IMG/VR virus record: IMGVR_UViG_3300030004_000003
Coordinates: 2,893 to 66,892 of that record
Strand: one strand, 5' to 3'
DNA length: 64,000 nt
From: a virus
Shown in pieces: positions 50,573 through 60,271 of this stretch. The stretch's first letter is position 1. Each line of letters begins with the position of its first letter. The notes below the pieces were generated by a model. That model saw only the letters and a program-made list of their open reading frames with translations, made no database searches and was not told the DNA's origin. The position numbers were made by a program, and so were the translations under genes.

Positions 50573-52300
50573 ATGAACTTCTTAGACCGCGCCATCGCTG
50601 CCGTTAATCCAGAAGCCGGTTTTCGCCGGGCGGCCTATCGGGAGCGCATGAAAATGTTCAGCTATGACGCCGCTTCTCCTGGGAGGAAACGCGGCTCCTC
50701 CGGGGGTGCCTCCAAGAACGGTTCCTCTGAGAATTTTCGCGCGGCCCGGGATCGTATCGACATCATGTGGGACTCGCGGGATGTGGTCAGGAATTTTGGC
50801 ATCCTGAAAGGGATTGTCGCCAGGATCGTTCAATACACGGTCGATCAGGTTCAATATAATTCCCAGACCGGTGACGATCAGGTCGATGGCCAGTATCAAG
50901 ATTTCTTAACAGAGTGGAGTGAGTCGGCCGACATCACTGGTCGCCACAGCCTGGCTGAACTCACCTGGATGGCCTTTTGGAGTGAATTGGTCGATGGAGA
51001 CCACGGGTGGAACATGCTTGCCATGGATGGGGGTGATCCTCGCGCGATGCGAATCCAGCCGATCGAGGCGGACCGTATCGGCAATGTTCGCAACCCGGCT
51101 GAGACCAACATGGGTAATAAGGTTGGCGGTATCACGGTGGACGACAAGGGGAGCCCTCTCTCCTATGACATCTACAAGCGTGATCGGCTCACGACTCAAT
51201 ACAGCTTTGATCAGGCCGTTCCTGCCCTGCAATTCCTTCACTTCTTTGATCCGCAGCGTGTCGATCAGTATCGGGGGGTTTCTGCGCTGGCGACAGCGAT
51301 CGCTCCTGCCCGGGATCTCTATGAGATCTATGAGTTTGAGAAGCAGGCTGCCAAATGGCAGATCGGCCATGCCGGATTTATCGAACAGGCTGATCCCTAC
51401 AATCCCAACGATCCGAATGCTTGGAACGGTACGGCTCGTGGTGGTCGTGGAACTCCCGATACTACAGCGGGTGCTGGCCCTGGCATTATCGATATGGTGG
51501 CCGCAAAGGTCATCCGCCTCAACCAGGGGGACAAGGTGCAGTTTGCGCCTGGCACCAACCGGCCTAGCGGTGCTTTTATTTCGTTGGTTCAGACCATGAT
51601 CAGGGAGATCTGTTCCGGTACGCAAAATGGCTACCCTTACGGCTTCCTTTATGACATTTCGGAGCTCGGTGGCCATGGAAGCCGCGTCGAGGTGGCTCAA
51701 GCCATGCGCGGTATCACGCGGAACCAGGCGCGGATTACCCGTCAGGGGCTCAATCATGTGCGCGACATCGTGTTGGGTGGTGCTATTGCTGCCGGACTTC
51801 TTCCTGCTCATCCTCTCTGGCGTTCCGGTCGCTGGTCGTTTGGCGGTACGCTAACGGGTGACTTTGGCAACGACACAACCGCCAAGATCGCAGAACTGAA
51901 TGCCGGGATCGTCAATCTCTCGGATCTGATTTCCGACAAGGGCGGCAACTTCGAGCGCACGGTGCGCAAATCAGCCAGTGAAATCACCTACATGCAAAAG
52001 GTGGCTGCCGATACAGGGGTGCCTATCGAGCTCCTGACGGCGCGCCTTCCTGGTGCCTCGCAACTCCTTGCCGCCATGAATCAGCCGCCTCCTCCGCCTC
52101 CTGCGGGGCTTGTCGAGGCTGATATTGATGCCAAGCCGCTCCTGGAAATCCTGAAACAGGTAGGAGATGGCAAAATGGATCGGGAGAGTGGTGTCGCCGC
52201 GATCATCCAACTCTACGGAATCGCTCGATCTGAGGTGGAGAAAATGGTGCCTGACGCCGCACCCGCTTCAACTGCCACTCCAGTTCCTCCTAAAAAATGA
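50573..52300 (+). CDS. Portal protein (lambda family)
   Basis: NFLDRAIAAVNP..YDAA..SRDVVRN..IEADRI..QYRGVSALA. Confidence 0.9.
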   Translation: MNFLDRAIAAVNPEAGFRRAAYRERMKMFSYDAASPGRKRGSSGGASKNGSSENFRAARDRIDIMWDSRDVVRNFGILKGIVARIVQYTVDQVQYNSQTGDDQVDGQYQDFLTEWSESADITGRHSLAELTWMAFWSELVDGDHGWNMLAMDGGDPRAMRIQPIEADRIGNVRNPAETNMGNKVGGITVDDKGSPLSYDIYKRDRLTTQYSFDQAVPALQFLHFFDPQRVDQYRGVSALATAIAPARDLYEIYEFEKQAAKWQIGHAGFIEQADPYNPNDPNAWNGTARGGRGTPDTTAGAGPGIIDMVAAKVIRLNQGDKVQFAPGTNRPSGAFISLVQTMIREICSGTQNGYPYGFLYDISELGGHGSRVEVAQAMRGITRNQARITRQGLNHVRDIVLGGAIAAGLLPAHPLWRSGRWSFGGTLTGDFGNDTTAKIAELNAGIVNLSDLISDKGGNFERTVRKSASEITYMQKVAADTGVPIELLTARLPGASQLLAAMNQPPPPPPAGLVEADIDAKPLLEILKQVGDGKMDRESGVAAIIQLYGIARSEVEKMVPDAAPASTATPVPPKK

Positions 52301-55300
52301 AGCCGTCGCCTGCTCAGATCGAAGCCGGGAACTATGCAAAGAAGCATCTTCGGATCTGCGGGCTCGACCTCTCGATTGAAAACCGAAAAGGGAGTGTCCG
52401 GAGTGGTAAAGGCAAGGATGGCAAAGAATGGCGTATTAAAATGCCGGTCGATTATGGATACATCAAGGGAACGCTTGGCCCTGATGGCGACCATGTGGAC
52501 GTTTTTGTCGGCCCTGATCGGGATCTCACGAATGAATCCCCTGTCTGGGTGGTGAATCAGAAAAAGGATGATGGGAAGACCTTCGATGAGCACAAAGTTC
52601 TCCTGGGATTTCCTGACATTGGGAGTGCCGTGGCGGCCTATCGGAATTCCTACGACATTCCGATGTTTGGCAATCTGGTGAAGATGTCGCTCCGGATGCT
52701 GAAGCTTCAGTTGCGCAATGGCAGACTGTGGCGACCGTTGAAAGAATTTGCAGGATTGCTTCCCAAAGGGTATTCCTTGCCAGAAGTCATTCATGAAAAA
52801 CCCGCTGGTCCAACAATAGGACTCTATGAATATCCTAAGAAAACTCCTCGCTCGCCTGAATACAGTTCCTCAACCGGTTCTCAAGGCAATAACGACCTTT
52901 CCAAAGGAAAGTCCAATCGGGCAGCACCTCGAAAAAGAGAGGCAGGAGTTATCACCATCCCAAGGGAAGGATATTTTGCAGGGCAACTCCAGACCGGCGA
53001 TGTCCCGGATGGTGAACTTCGAGTATTAGCTCACAATGCTCGTCGCGGAGTTCTCAAGCATGAGATTGTCCACAGCATTTTAGATCAGAAAAGGGGCGGC
53101 GTTCCCGACAGCGTGGCGGGATTTGCCAAAGAGGAGTTGGCTGCCCATAGCAAGCAATTCTTGGGAAAGAAATCCCCGCTTCTCGACAGGCCATTATCCA
53201 AACGGCTTGCCTCAGTAATCAGGGGCACTATTGCCAGCACGAAATTAGGAGTCAAAGCAAACGGGATTAAGAAATGGTTTGCGGATCCGTTGACGCGGGA
53301 TCGAGTGGGTATGGCTCTGAAGACTTTCTCCGACCGAACTCCCTACTGCGATCCTCGGCAGTTTCCTGGTGAATCCGCTGCCCCTGTCTCTTCTGAGCGC
53401 CGCGATCTCCTCAAGAGCGGCATTATTGCTACGGGTGTCGCTGGTGGTGCCGGGCTTGCTGGGCTTGCTATGCGAGGATCTGTGAACAAGGCTCAAAAGG
53501 CAGATCTCCTCCGTGACGCTGTGAATAAGATCGTTGCTGCCCGCAAGGGGGCTAAGACCGCCGCACAAGCTGGCGCTGTCGCATCAGCCAAGGGTGCGCA
53601 GGATGCTTCCATTGAGGCTCAAAAGCTCCGCGTCTCCAGGATTCAGGGAGTCAAAAAAACAGATGCGCGTCTCGGTAAAGTGGGAAAATCCCTGGTCAAA
53701 AACGGGGCGCTCACTCCAGGCGAGGCCGCGACGGCTAAAACTGGATTTCGTTCTTCTCATGCTCGTTTGACCGGGTTCTCAGCCCGACTTCATCTTTTCG
53801 ACGCCGCCGTGATCCGTGAGAAGCGTGACGGCCTCTCCAAGGCCAAGGATGCCGCTGTGCTGGCTGGTGGTCTCGGGGTGCTTGGTGCCTCCGCTTACGC
53901 TGGAATCAAGGCCCATGGAATCTCCAAGCTTGTGAAAGGGGAGATTCCCAAGGTATCCCGCGCGATCCGTCGCGCCGTGCCGCCAGTTGCCAAGAAAGCA
54001 AACGATCTTTTGGATGCCGGTAAGGCTGCTGCCGGTCAACTCCAAACCACGGCCAAGGAAGCCAATGAATCGGTTGGTCACTCCACGGCTGTCTATTCCG
54101 ACATCGGAAAACTCTACAAACAGGCAAAAGGTGGCGTCTATAATCTTCTGCATCCGGTGAATACCGTCCGGGAGGTCAAATCGGCCTTCCGGGCGGGGTT
54201 GCGTGGCGAGGAAACCTACCCTACCAAGCCGCGCCCCAAGTGGGCGCTCTCCGCCAAGATAAAGACTCGTCTCAAGGAATTTGCTGATCGTTTGGAGACT
54301 TCCGAAGAGGGCGTTCCTTTAAATGGTCGGGTTGCGCACGATCGGTTTATCAAGCAGATCCATGAGGGTGATCTGGATCGTCGGGACCGCAATATCTCTC
54401 ATGCTGGCGTTGCTGGTGCTCTGACTGGAGCGCTGGTGGCCAAGCCCGGCAAGCGTCTGATCGGCGCGGGTGCTGGTGCCGCTCTTGGTGGTGCCGGTGT
54501 GCTGGCAATCCGTGCCATCACGGATCGTCATCGCGACATCTACGGTGATCGTCCCCGGTGGGCGAAGGATGCTGAAACTCTTCCTGCTGTGGCAGGTGCT
54601 GGTGCTGCGTTGGGGATTATTGGAAAGCGGGTACTCGCGGGCAAGCGTCTGAGTCGCGTCATTCGCCTAAAAACCTTTGATCTTCCCGATGATGATCAGC
54701 CTCCGATGAACCCCGCGTTGAAAGCCGGGCTTACGGGTGCTGTCGCCGGGGGGGTGATGGGATCTCTTCCTGCGTTCAAAGTGGGATCCAAGCTCGCTCC
54801 TTCACTGGGATGGATTGGGGCTGGTGCGGCCGGGATGGGTGCGCTTGTCGGTGGTGGCACCTACATTGGCGATAAAATCCTCGGGCCTGCGAAGCCGAAT
54901 GAAGGCGCTCCTTTTACCAAGCGTGCCGCCATTGGTGGTGCATTGCTTGGAACGGCGGCAGGTGCGGGTGCAGTCCTTGCTGCCAAGAAGATTCCCGCAG
55001 TCTCAAAGTTTATTGATGGCTACGCTGATTTTCGTCCTGTGAATTTCATCAAAAATGCCTCCCTGCCTGCTGCCACGGCGGCTGGTGCCGGGGTTGGTGC
55101 TCTAGTGGGTGCTGATAAGGCTGGTGATGAAGGACAGCAGGTTGATGCGCTCAATTCGATTCAGAATCAGAAAAAGACTTTTGGGCGGCAGGTGAGGGGA
55201 TTGCTCAAAGAGTTTGGCTACTCTGATCAGAGCCGCCGTCAGGATGGGAAATTTCGCAATCCTGTGGCTGGTGCCTTCGGTGTGGATGATGACAACGGGG

Positions 55301-56046
55301 ATGTCTCTGTGCGGCAGGTCGCGGGAGCATTTTACCGCAAAGGTCAAACCATTCACCGATGGACAGGGCGAGGCACCGGGGTTGTCTCCGATGCCGGAAG
55401 CGTGCTCTCAGGCCAGCCTCGTGATCGTGATGCCTCCGGGCGTCCGCGCAAGCGCGAGTGGGAGAAGGCATGGTTTAAGAATGCCCTCGGATCCGCTGCC
55501 GCCGGGGGTGCCCTCTTGGCTGGTGCCCATGTGACTAAGAACACCGCCTGGGGTCGCCGTGTGGTGCAGCCCAAACTCCGTGCTGCCAGCAACTGGGCGG
55601 CAGGGAAAGGCGTGAATCTTCTCTCGGCAAAAATGAAACCTGAATCACTCCATCTGCTCACTCGTCTTCATCTCCTTGACGAATGGGCTGAATATCATGG
55701 CTGGGATGTGCGCGATCCGCGTGGCCGTTCCGCTCGTGTCTTTGCTCCAGGATCTCGCCCTCGTACTCGTCGCGAGAAGGAATGGCACGAAAAGAAGGAT
55801 AACCGCGAGGCGCTCCTCAAGGGTGCCGTCGTAGGTGCTGCCGCGCTCGGTGTGGCTGGAGGCTATGCCGGAACCCGGCTTGCTGGTGGCAAGTCGCTGA
55901 TCCCATCTGCGGTCAAAGGGCTGTTAAAATCGAAGCCGCTAAGTGTCGCTGAAGCGGAGGCTCATCTTGCGGCTGCAAAATCTCGCGAACAAAAAGTCGT
56001 CAATGGTCCATGGCGGGGAACCAAACCGTTGACTCCGGAACAGTAA
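52297..56046 (+). CDS. Large modular head-associated protein: inorganic-pyrophosphatase-like domain, HExxH domain, Gly/Ala hydrophobic modules
   Basis: PSPAQIEAGNY.K..SIEN.KGS.RSG..YGYIKGT.G.DGDHVDVFVG..FDEHKV; HEIVH; internal in-frame start at 53311. Confidence 0.75.
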   Translation: MKPSPAQIEAGNYAKKHLRICGLDLSIENRKGSVRSGKGKDGKEWRIKMPVDYGYIKGTLGPDGDHVDVFVGPDRDLTNESPVWVVNQKKDDGKTFDEHKVLLGFPDIGSAVAAYRNSYDIPMFGNLVKMSLRMLKLQLRNGRLWRPLKEFAGLLPKGYSLPEVIHEKPAGPTIGLYEYPKKTPRSPEYSSSTGSQGNNDLSKGKSNRAAPRKREAGVITIPREGYFAGQLQTGDVPDGELRVLAHNARRGVLKHEIVHSILDQKRGGVPDSVAGFAKEELAAHSKQFLGKKSPLLDRPLSKRLASVIRGTIASTKLGVKANGIKKWFADPLTRDRVGMALKTFSDRTPYCDPRQFPGESAAPVSSERRDLLKSGIIATGVAGGAGLAGLAMRGSVNKAQKADLLRDAVNKIVAARKGAKTAAQAGAVASAKGAQDASIEAQKLRVSRIQGVKKTDARLGKVGKSLVKNGALTPGEAATAKTGFRSSHARLTGFSARLHLFDAAVIREKRDGLSKAKDAAVLAGGLGVLGASAYAGIKAHGISKLVKGEIPKVSRAIRRAVPPVAKKANDLLDAGKAAAGQLQTTAKEANESVGHSTAVYSDIGKLYKQAKGGVYNLLHPVNTVREVKSAFRAGLRGEETYPTKPRPKWALSAKIKTRLKEFADRLETSEEGVPLNGRVAHDRFIKQIHEGDLDRRDRNISHAGVAGALTGALVAKPGKRLIGAGAGAALGGAGVLAIRAITDRHRDIYGDRPRWAKDAETLPAVAGAGAALGIIGKRVLAGKRLSRVIRLKTFDLPDDDQPPMNPALKAGLTGAVAGGVMGSLPAFKVGSKLAPSLGWIGAGAAGMGALVGGGTYIGDKILGPAKPNEGAPFTKRAAIGGALLGTAAGAGAVLAAKKIPAVSKFIDGYADFRPVNFIKNASLPAATAAGAGVGALVGADKAGDEGQQVDALNSIQNQKKTFGRQVRGLLKEFGYSDQSRRQDGKFRNPVAGAFGVDDDNGDVSVRQVAGAFYRKGQTIHRWTGRGTGVVSDAGSVLSGQPRDRDASGRPRKREWEKAWFKNALGSAAAGGALLAGAHVTKNTAWGRRVVQPKLRAASNWAAGKGVNLLSAKMKPESLHLLTRLHLLDEWAEYHGWDVRDPRGRSARVFAPGSRPRTRREKEWHEKKDNREALLKGAVVGAAALGVAGGYAGTRLAGGKSLIPSAVKGLLKSKPLSVAEAEAHLAAAKSREQKVVNGPWRGTKPLTPEQ

Positions 56047-56056
56047 CAAACACTCT

Positions 56057-56599
56057 ATGAAAACATCCGCACCACTCCGTCGCCTCGTTGAGCTCTCGTC
56101 CCGCTGTGTCGGAAAAGAGCTTAATGTAAAAGTCGCACCAAAAACCGCCGTCGTCGCGCCAGGCGGACGCATCGCGATCAAAACTTTCCAGTCTCGCCAT
56201 CGTCTTCGGGAACTCTCGCGCAAGATCGAGCTTGGGTTTTTCAGCCCTACCAAGCAAGTTTCTGTCCAAGGTCAGAATGGCCAGTTCCAGGGCACCCAGA
56301 CAGAGGCCAATCCATCAGGGATCGCTGCTGATACCGCCGTCGTGGGTGCAGGTGCTGTGGGTGCCGGAGCGCTCCACAATGCGGTCATGAACAATTACGG
56401 AACTGGAAGCAAGGTTCCTGGTGAGACGACGGCAGCGAATGCTTACGGCAACGCCGCGCGCAATCTGCTTCCTCCTGCAATTTCTGATTCCGTGGTCCCG
56501 GCTGCGTCCAAAGTCGGGGGGCTTGTGGATACGGCTGGGGCCACCGGAATCGGATCCAAAATCGGAAATCTCCTTAAGAGCCTGCGCGCGGCTGCTTAA
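56057..56599 (+). CDS. Head-associated protein sharing motifs with the large protein
   Basis: RLVELSSR, IKTFQ, LRELS motifs; Gly/Ala segment. Confidence 0.55.
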   Translation: MKTSAPLRRLVELSSRCVGKELNVKVAPKTAVVAPGGRIAIKTFQSRHRLRELSRKIELGFFSPTKQVSVQGQNGQFQGTQTEANPSGIAADTAVVGAGAVGAGALHNAVMNNYGTGSKVPGETTAANAYGNAARNLLPPAISDSVVPAASKVGGLVDTAGATGIGSKIGNLLKSLRAAA

Positions 56600-56632
56600 T
56601 CACACCAACTCACCTCGAACCAACCCATCATC

Positions 56633-56899
56633 ATGTCACTACTCACTATTACCGAATCTTCCTGGACCAAAATCAAGGAAGTCCTTGCCAGCGTCCCTCA
56701 TGAACTCGCTGCTGATCTCGAACATATCGAGACGGTGCTTGGGTTGAAGGCGAAGGTTGCTACAGAGGTCGAAAGCCTGGAGACGAAGGTCGAAGGCGAT
56801 TTGAAAGCTGAAGCAGAACTTCCTGCTGGCGGAGCAGCTTCCGCTCCAGAAGTTGCCGCCAAAGCGCTTGAAGAGGCTTCAGAGGCAACGGGACTGTGA
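56633..56899 (+). CDS. Small acidic protein
   Basis: 88-aa ORF. Confidence 0.55.
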   Translation: MSLLTITESSWTKIKEVLASVPHELAADLEHIETVLGLKAKVATEVESLETKVEGDLKAEAELPAGGAASAPEVAAKALEEASEATGL

Positions 56900-56916
56900 G
56901 CTGAATAAAATTTCAT

Positions 56917-56991
56917 GTCAGGGTGGACAAACGGTAAGTCGCCGGGCTCATAACCCGGAGATTGAAGGTTCGATTCCTTCCCCTGCTACCA
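56917..56991 (+). tRNA. tRNA-Met(CAT), initiator-like
   Basis: Anticodon arm CCGGG-CTCATAA-CCCGG, T arm GAAGG-TTCGATT-CCTTC, A11:U24, encoded CCA. Confidence 0.88.
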
Positions 56992-57017
56992 ACTTCACCA
57001 TTTTTTACCCGATCACC

Positions 57018-57296
57018 ATGGATCCGCGTCCACGAAATACCGAAGGGCAGTTCTCTCCTGAAACCGGTGGAGGACTTGATCCGTCCACGATGCAGGCTGC
57101 CTACAATCCTCAGATTATTAATCAGCGGCAGAGTTCCCCTGTGATGGATGCGATCCGCCGTCGTTCAGGGAAAAATCCACCGGTTGAGGAAACGGTACCA
57201 AGCGGAGCGAGCGATACGGTGTTGGAGGCCAAGTTTGTAAATCCGCGCACCTATCTTCTGAAGCGGCTGATCGCCTTCTCCCGATCCCGGAAATAA
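57018..57296 (+). CDS. Small head-region protein
   Basis: RPRNTEGQF motif; ends in RLIAFS. Confidence 0.5.
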   Translation: MDPRPRNTEGQFSPETGGGLDPSTMQAAYNPQIINQRQSSPVMDAIRRRSGKNPPVEETVPSGASDTVLEAKFVNPRTYLLKRLIAFSRSRK

Positions 57297-57349
57297 TCCC
57301 ATATCCGATGATCTGCCTTGCGTGATGGTTGACGGATGCCCGAAGGGGC

Positions 57350-58633
57350 ATGGAACCATCCGAAAAATTCTTCGAACAACTCAGCGGCCGTGTTGATTCC
57401 GTCAATGGGGTAATCCACGGAGTCTCGATCATCACAGGGGGCGTGACGGCAAGGGGTCACGATTTGGAGGTTGATATGAAGACCGTGACGCAGCTTTTCG
57501 GCTGCGCTCACAAGATGGGCAAGGTGCCCGTCAAATGGAACCACAAGAGCGGGGCGGATGCCGTGGCCGGGTATCTCGAAAACTTCCGCATTGATGGGCA
57601 GAAGCTTCTCGGAGACTGGCATCTGCTCAAGTTCCACGAGAAGTACGATCAGGCCCTGGAGCTTGCACAACGTATGCCTGAGTGCATCGGCCTCTCCGCC
57701 GCATTTCTCGGCGAAGATGAAAAGAGGGCTGATGGGAAGACGGCTGCTCGGTGTGAGGAGCTTGTTTCCGTGGATGTCGTTGCCAATCCGGCCGCCAATC
57801 CGAACGGGTTTTTCGAGGCGCTTTTCCCCACCGGCGTTGACACGCCGAACAAGAACGAAACGCTTATGCAAACTCAAACTAATCCACAGCAACAGGCGGA
57901 GCCAACCCTCAAGGATGTGCTCGCTGCCGTCACCGCCCTTACCTCGCAAGTCACACAGCAGGGTGAGACCATCGCAGCCCTCCAGGGTGCCTCTCAGGGC
58001 AACCAGCAGGAGCAGGAACTCTCCATTGAGGATCTTCTGACGCTCACTCCCCAGCAGATCGCGCAGTTTGTTCAGGAAGGTCACATCACGGATGAGGATG
58101 CCGCAGGCATCCATGGACTCCAGGCTGAAGCTCTCGCCGGTGGCGAGGGTGGTCAAGAAGGTGGTCACGGAAACGGTGGCGAAGGTGCCGCTGCTGCTGT
58201 TGGCGCTACCGCTGGTGGTGCCGAGTTTGCCAGCCTGCGCAAGCAGGTTCGGGAACTCTCCGCTCGTTTCGAGCGTGAAGATGCCGCGCGGGAAAATGCC
58301 GCAATCGAGCATTATTTCGGTCAGATCGAGACGAAGCTCACGGAGCTTTCGACTCAGAACCAGAAACTTTCCGACAGCAACAAGGAGTTGCAGGTCCGCT
58401 GTGATGCTCAGGCTCAGGCTCTGCGCACCGGCATTCGTCCGGTCGCATTCTCCGCAGAGGGTGCCGCTCTTCATTCCTCGGATGGGAAGCTTCACGAGTT
58501 CGAAGAGCTTGTGAAGAAACACCGGGATGCCGGAAAGACGCCTGCTCAGGCGATCCGCCTCGCGCAAAAGGAAAACCCAGCCGCTCACCGGGATTATTAC
58601 CTCGGAGATGCGCGGACTACCCGCTCGCTCTAA
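57350..58633 (+). CDS. Prohead protease-scaffold fusion
   Basis: ARGHD..VKWNH..IGLSAAF..SVDVVANPAANPNG, then acidic coiled coil; likely nested scaffold start at 57866. Confidence 0.8.
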   Translation: MEPSEKFFEQLSGRVDSVNGVIHGVSIITGGVTARGHDLEVDMKTVTQLFGCAHKMGKVPVKWNHKSGADAVAGYLENFRIDGQKLLGDWHLLKFHEKYDQALELAQRMPECIGLSAAFLGEDEKRADGKTAARCEELVSVDVVANPAANPNGFFEALFPTGVDTPNKNETLMQTQTNPQQQAEPTLKDVLAAVTALTSQVTQQGETIAALQGASQGNQQEQELSIEDLLTLTPQQIAQFVQEGHITDEDAAGIHGLQAEALAGGEGGQEGGHGNGGEGAAAAVGATAGGAEFASLRKQVRELSARFEREDAARENAAIEHYFGQIETKLTELSTQNQKLSDSNKELQVRCDAQAQALRTGIRPVAFSAEGAALHSSDGKLHEFEELVKKHRDAGKTPAQAIRLAQKENPAAHRDYYLGDARTTRSL

Positions 58634-58675
58634 CAGGCCGCTCTCAAGACTCACTTCAACCAAGGAACAAAATCC

Positions 58676-59266
58676 ATGAACTTTAACACTGTTGTTTCCG
58701 CCATTGCGGCCACCGACCTTTCCGGCCTTGAAAATCTCGCCGTCACGCTGACCGCTGAAGGCGTTCAGGTTGCCAATGCTGCTGACCGCGCCATTGGAAT
58801 CATTGTGCGTGGCTGCGGCCCTGGAGAGGCTGCTGGCATTTTTCTCACGGCAGCAAACGGCCTTTCCTATGTCGGCGTAGCCGATAACAACGCCATTAAC
58901 ATTGGTGACGAACTGGAGCGCGTCGATGCTGGCATCTATCAGAAGAAATTTGCCCGTGCCATCACGGGGGCTTCTGCCACCGGGATCTTCACCAGTGAGG
59001 AGCATGAGCTTCCCGCTGGAGTGAAAGTATCGCTCTCGGGGCTGACCGGCGGTTCCGATCTCAACCCGCTTCCCACCATCTACTACACGCTTCCGATCGA
59101 CGCGAACACTTTCAAGTTGTCGCTCACGAAGGGAGGCGCGCCGGTCGCTCTGGGTTCCGATGTCACCGCTGGAACGCTCACCCGTTCGGATTCGGAGGTG
59201 ATTCTGGCTTGGGAGGCAGCACCTGCTGGCAGCCAAGGCGGCTTCATCCGGGCGCTCCTTTTCTAA
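58676..59266 (+). CDS. Capsid decoration/cement protein
   Basis: Between scaffold and major capsid protein; AIGI..INIGDEL..EAA pattern with an internal insertion. Confidence 0.6.
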   Translation: MNFNTVVSAIAATDLSGLENLAVTLTAEGVQVANAADRAIGIIVRGCGPGEAAGIFLTAANGLSYVGVADNNAINIGDELERVDAGIYQKKFARAITGASATGIFTSEEHELPAGVKVSLSGLTGGSDLNPLPTIYYTLPIDANTFKLSLTKGGAPVALGSDVTAGTLTRSDSEVILAWEAAPAGSQGGFIRALLF

Positions 59267-59308
59267 CCCTGAACGCTCTCAAGAACATCAACCAAGGAAA
59301 ATACGACC

Positions 59309-60265
59309 ATGTATAACACGACCGACAGCGTTCCACGTCAGGACATCAGCACGCTTCTCATGGAAGCGGTGCATCAGAAAGAGCACTACATCGGCCAGAT
59401 CCTCCTGCCTGTCTATGACAGCCCGAAGGAAGTGGGCCGCTATCCCAAGTTTCGCATCGCCAAAGGGGAGCTCCTGAAGCGTGAGAGTCAGAAGCGCAAT
59501 GCCACGGGCACCTACAACGAGAGCGACGAGAGCTTCGAGTGGGACAGCTACTCGACCGAGGAATACGGTCACGAGAAGCGCGTGGACGACAAGGTGAAGA
59601 AGGAGATGAAAGACTTCTTCGACGCCGAGATGGTCACGGCTGATTTTTGCATGAACAAAGTCATGCTGGATTACGAGCTTGCCGCTGCCTCTGCGATCAT
59701 GGACAGCACTCAGTTCGGAGTGGATGTCGGTTCGGAGCCCTACACCGAGGCCAACCTTGCCATCATGGATGTGCCTCATGACATCAACGCGTCGCTGGAA
59801 GCTCTCTCCGACCTCGGGGAAACTCCCAACACGCTTGTCATCTCCCTGGCGCTCTTCAATCGCATCAAGCGGTCACAAAAGCTCCAGACTTATCTGTATG
59901 GCTTCCTGAACACCACTCAGGGTGGATCCAACATCACCTCCAAGGTGATCGGAGACGCTTTCGGTATCCCGAACGTGGTGATCGCTCGCAAGACCTACGA
60001 CAGCGCCATCAAGGGCAAGACGAACATCGTTCCCGTCTGGGGCAACAACTACATGTTCCTTGGCGATGTCCAAGGAGGCGATTTCATGGCTGGCGGTGTC
60101 GGTCGCTCGATCATCTGGGAGGCAGACAGCGAAGGCGGTCTCTTCACCACAGATCAGTACCGTGACGAGCCTCGTCGTGGTGACAAAATCCGCGTGCGTA
60201 GCAACCGCGTGATCAAGATCATCAACCCGAATGCGGGTCGTCTCATCGGAACTCAGTGGGAGTAG
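59309..60265 (+). CDS. Major capsid protein
   Basis: 318 aa, position, biased codon usage, PNTLVI..IGDAFGIPNV pattern, followed by a terminator. Confidence 0.8.
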   Translation: MYNTTDSVPRQDISTLLMEAVHQKEHYIGQILLPVYDSPKEVGRYPKFRIAKGELLKRESQKRNATGTYNESDESFEWDSYSTEEYGHEKRVDDKVKKEMKDFFDAEMVTADFCMNKVMLDYELAAASAIMDSTQFGVDVGSEPYTEANLAIMDVPHDINASLEALSDLGETPNTLVISLALFNRIKRSQKLQTYLYGFLNTTQGGSNITSKVIGDAFGIPNVVIARKTYDSAIKGKTNIVPVWGNNYMFLGDVQGGDFMAGGVGRSIIWEADSEGGLFTTDQYRDEPRRGDKIRVRSNRVIKIINPNAGRLIGTQWE

Positions 60266-60271
60266 GCCGAG

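Noticed and set aside
57251-59236. 661-aa minus-strand ORF (also 2000-3169, 26125-27420, 50906-51811)
   Set aside because: Antisense to well-supported genes; expected from codon bias; no recognisable motifs
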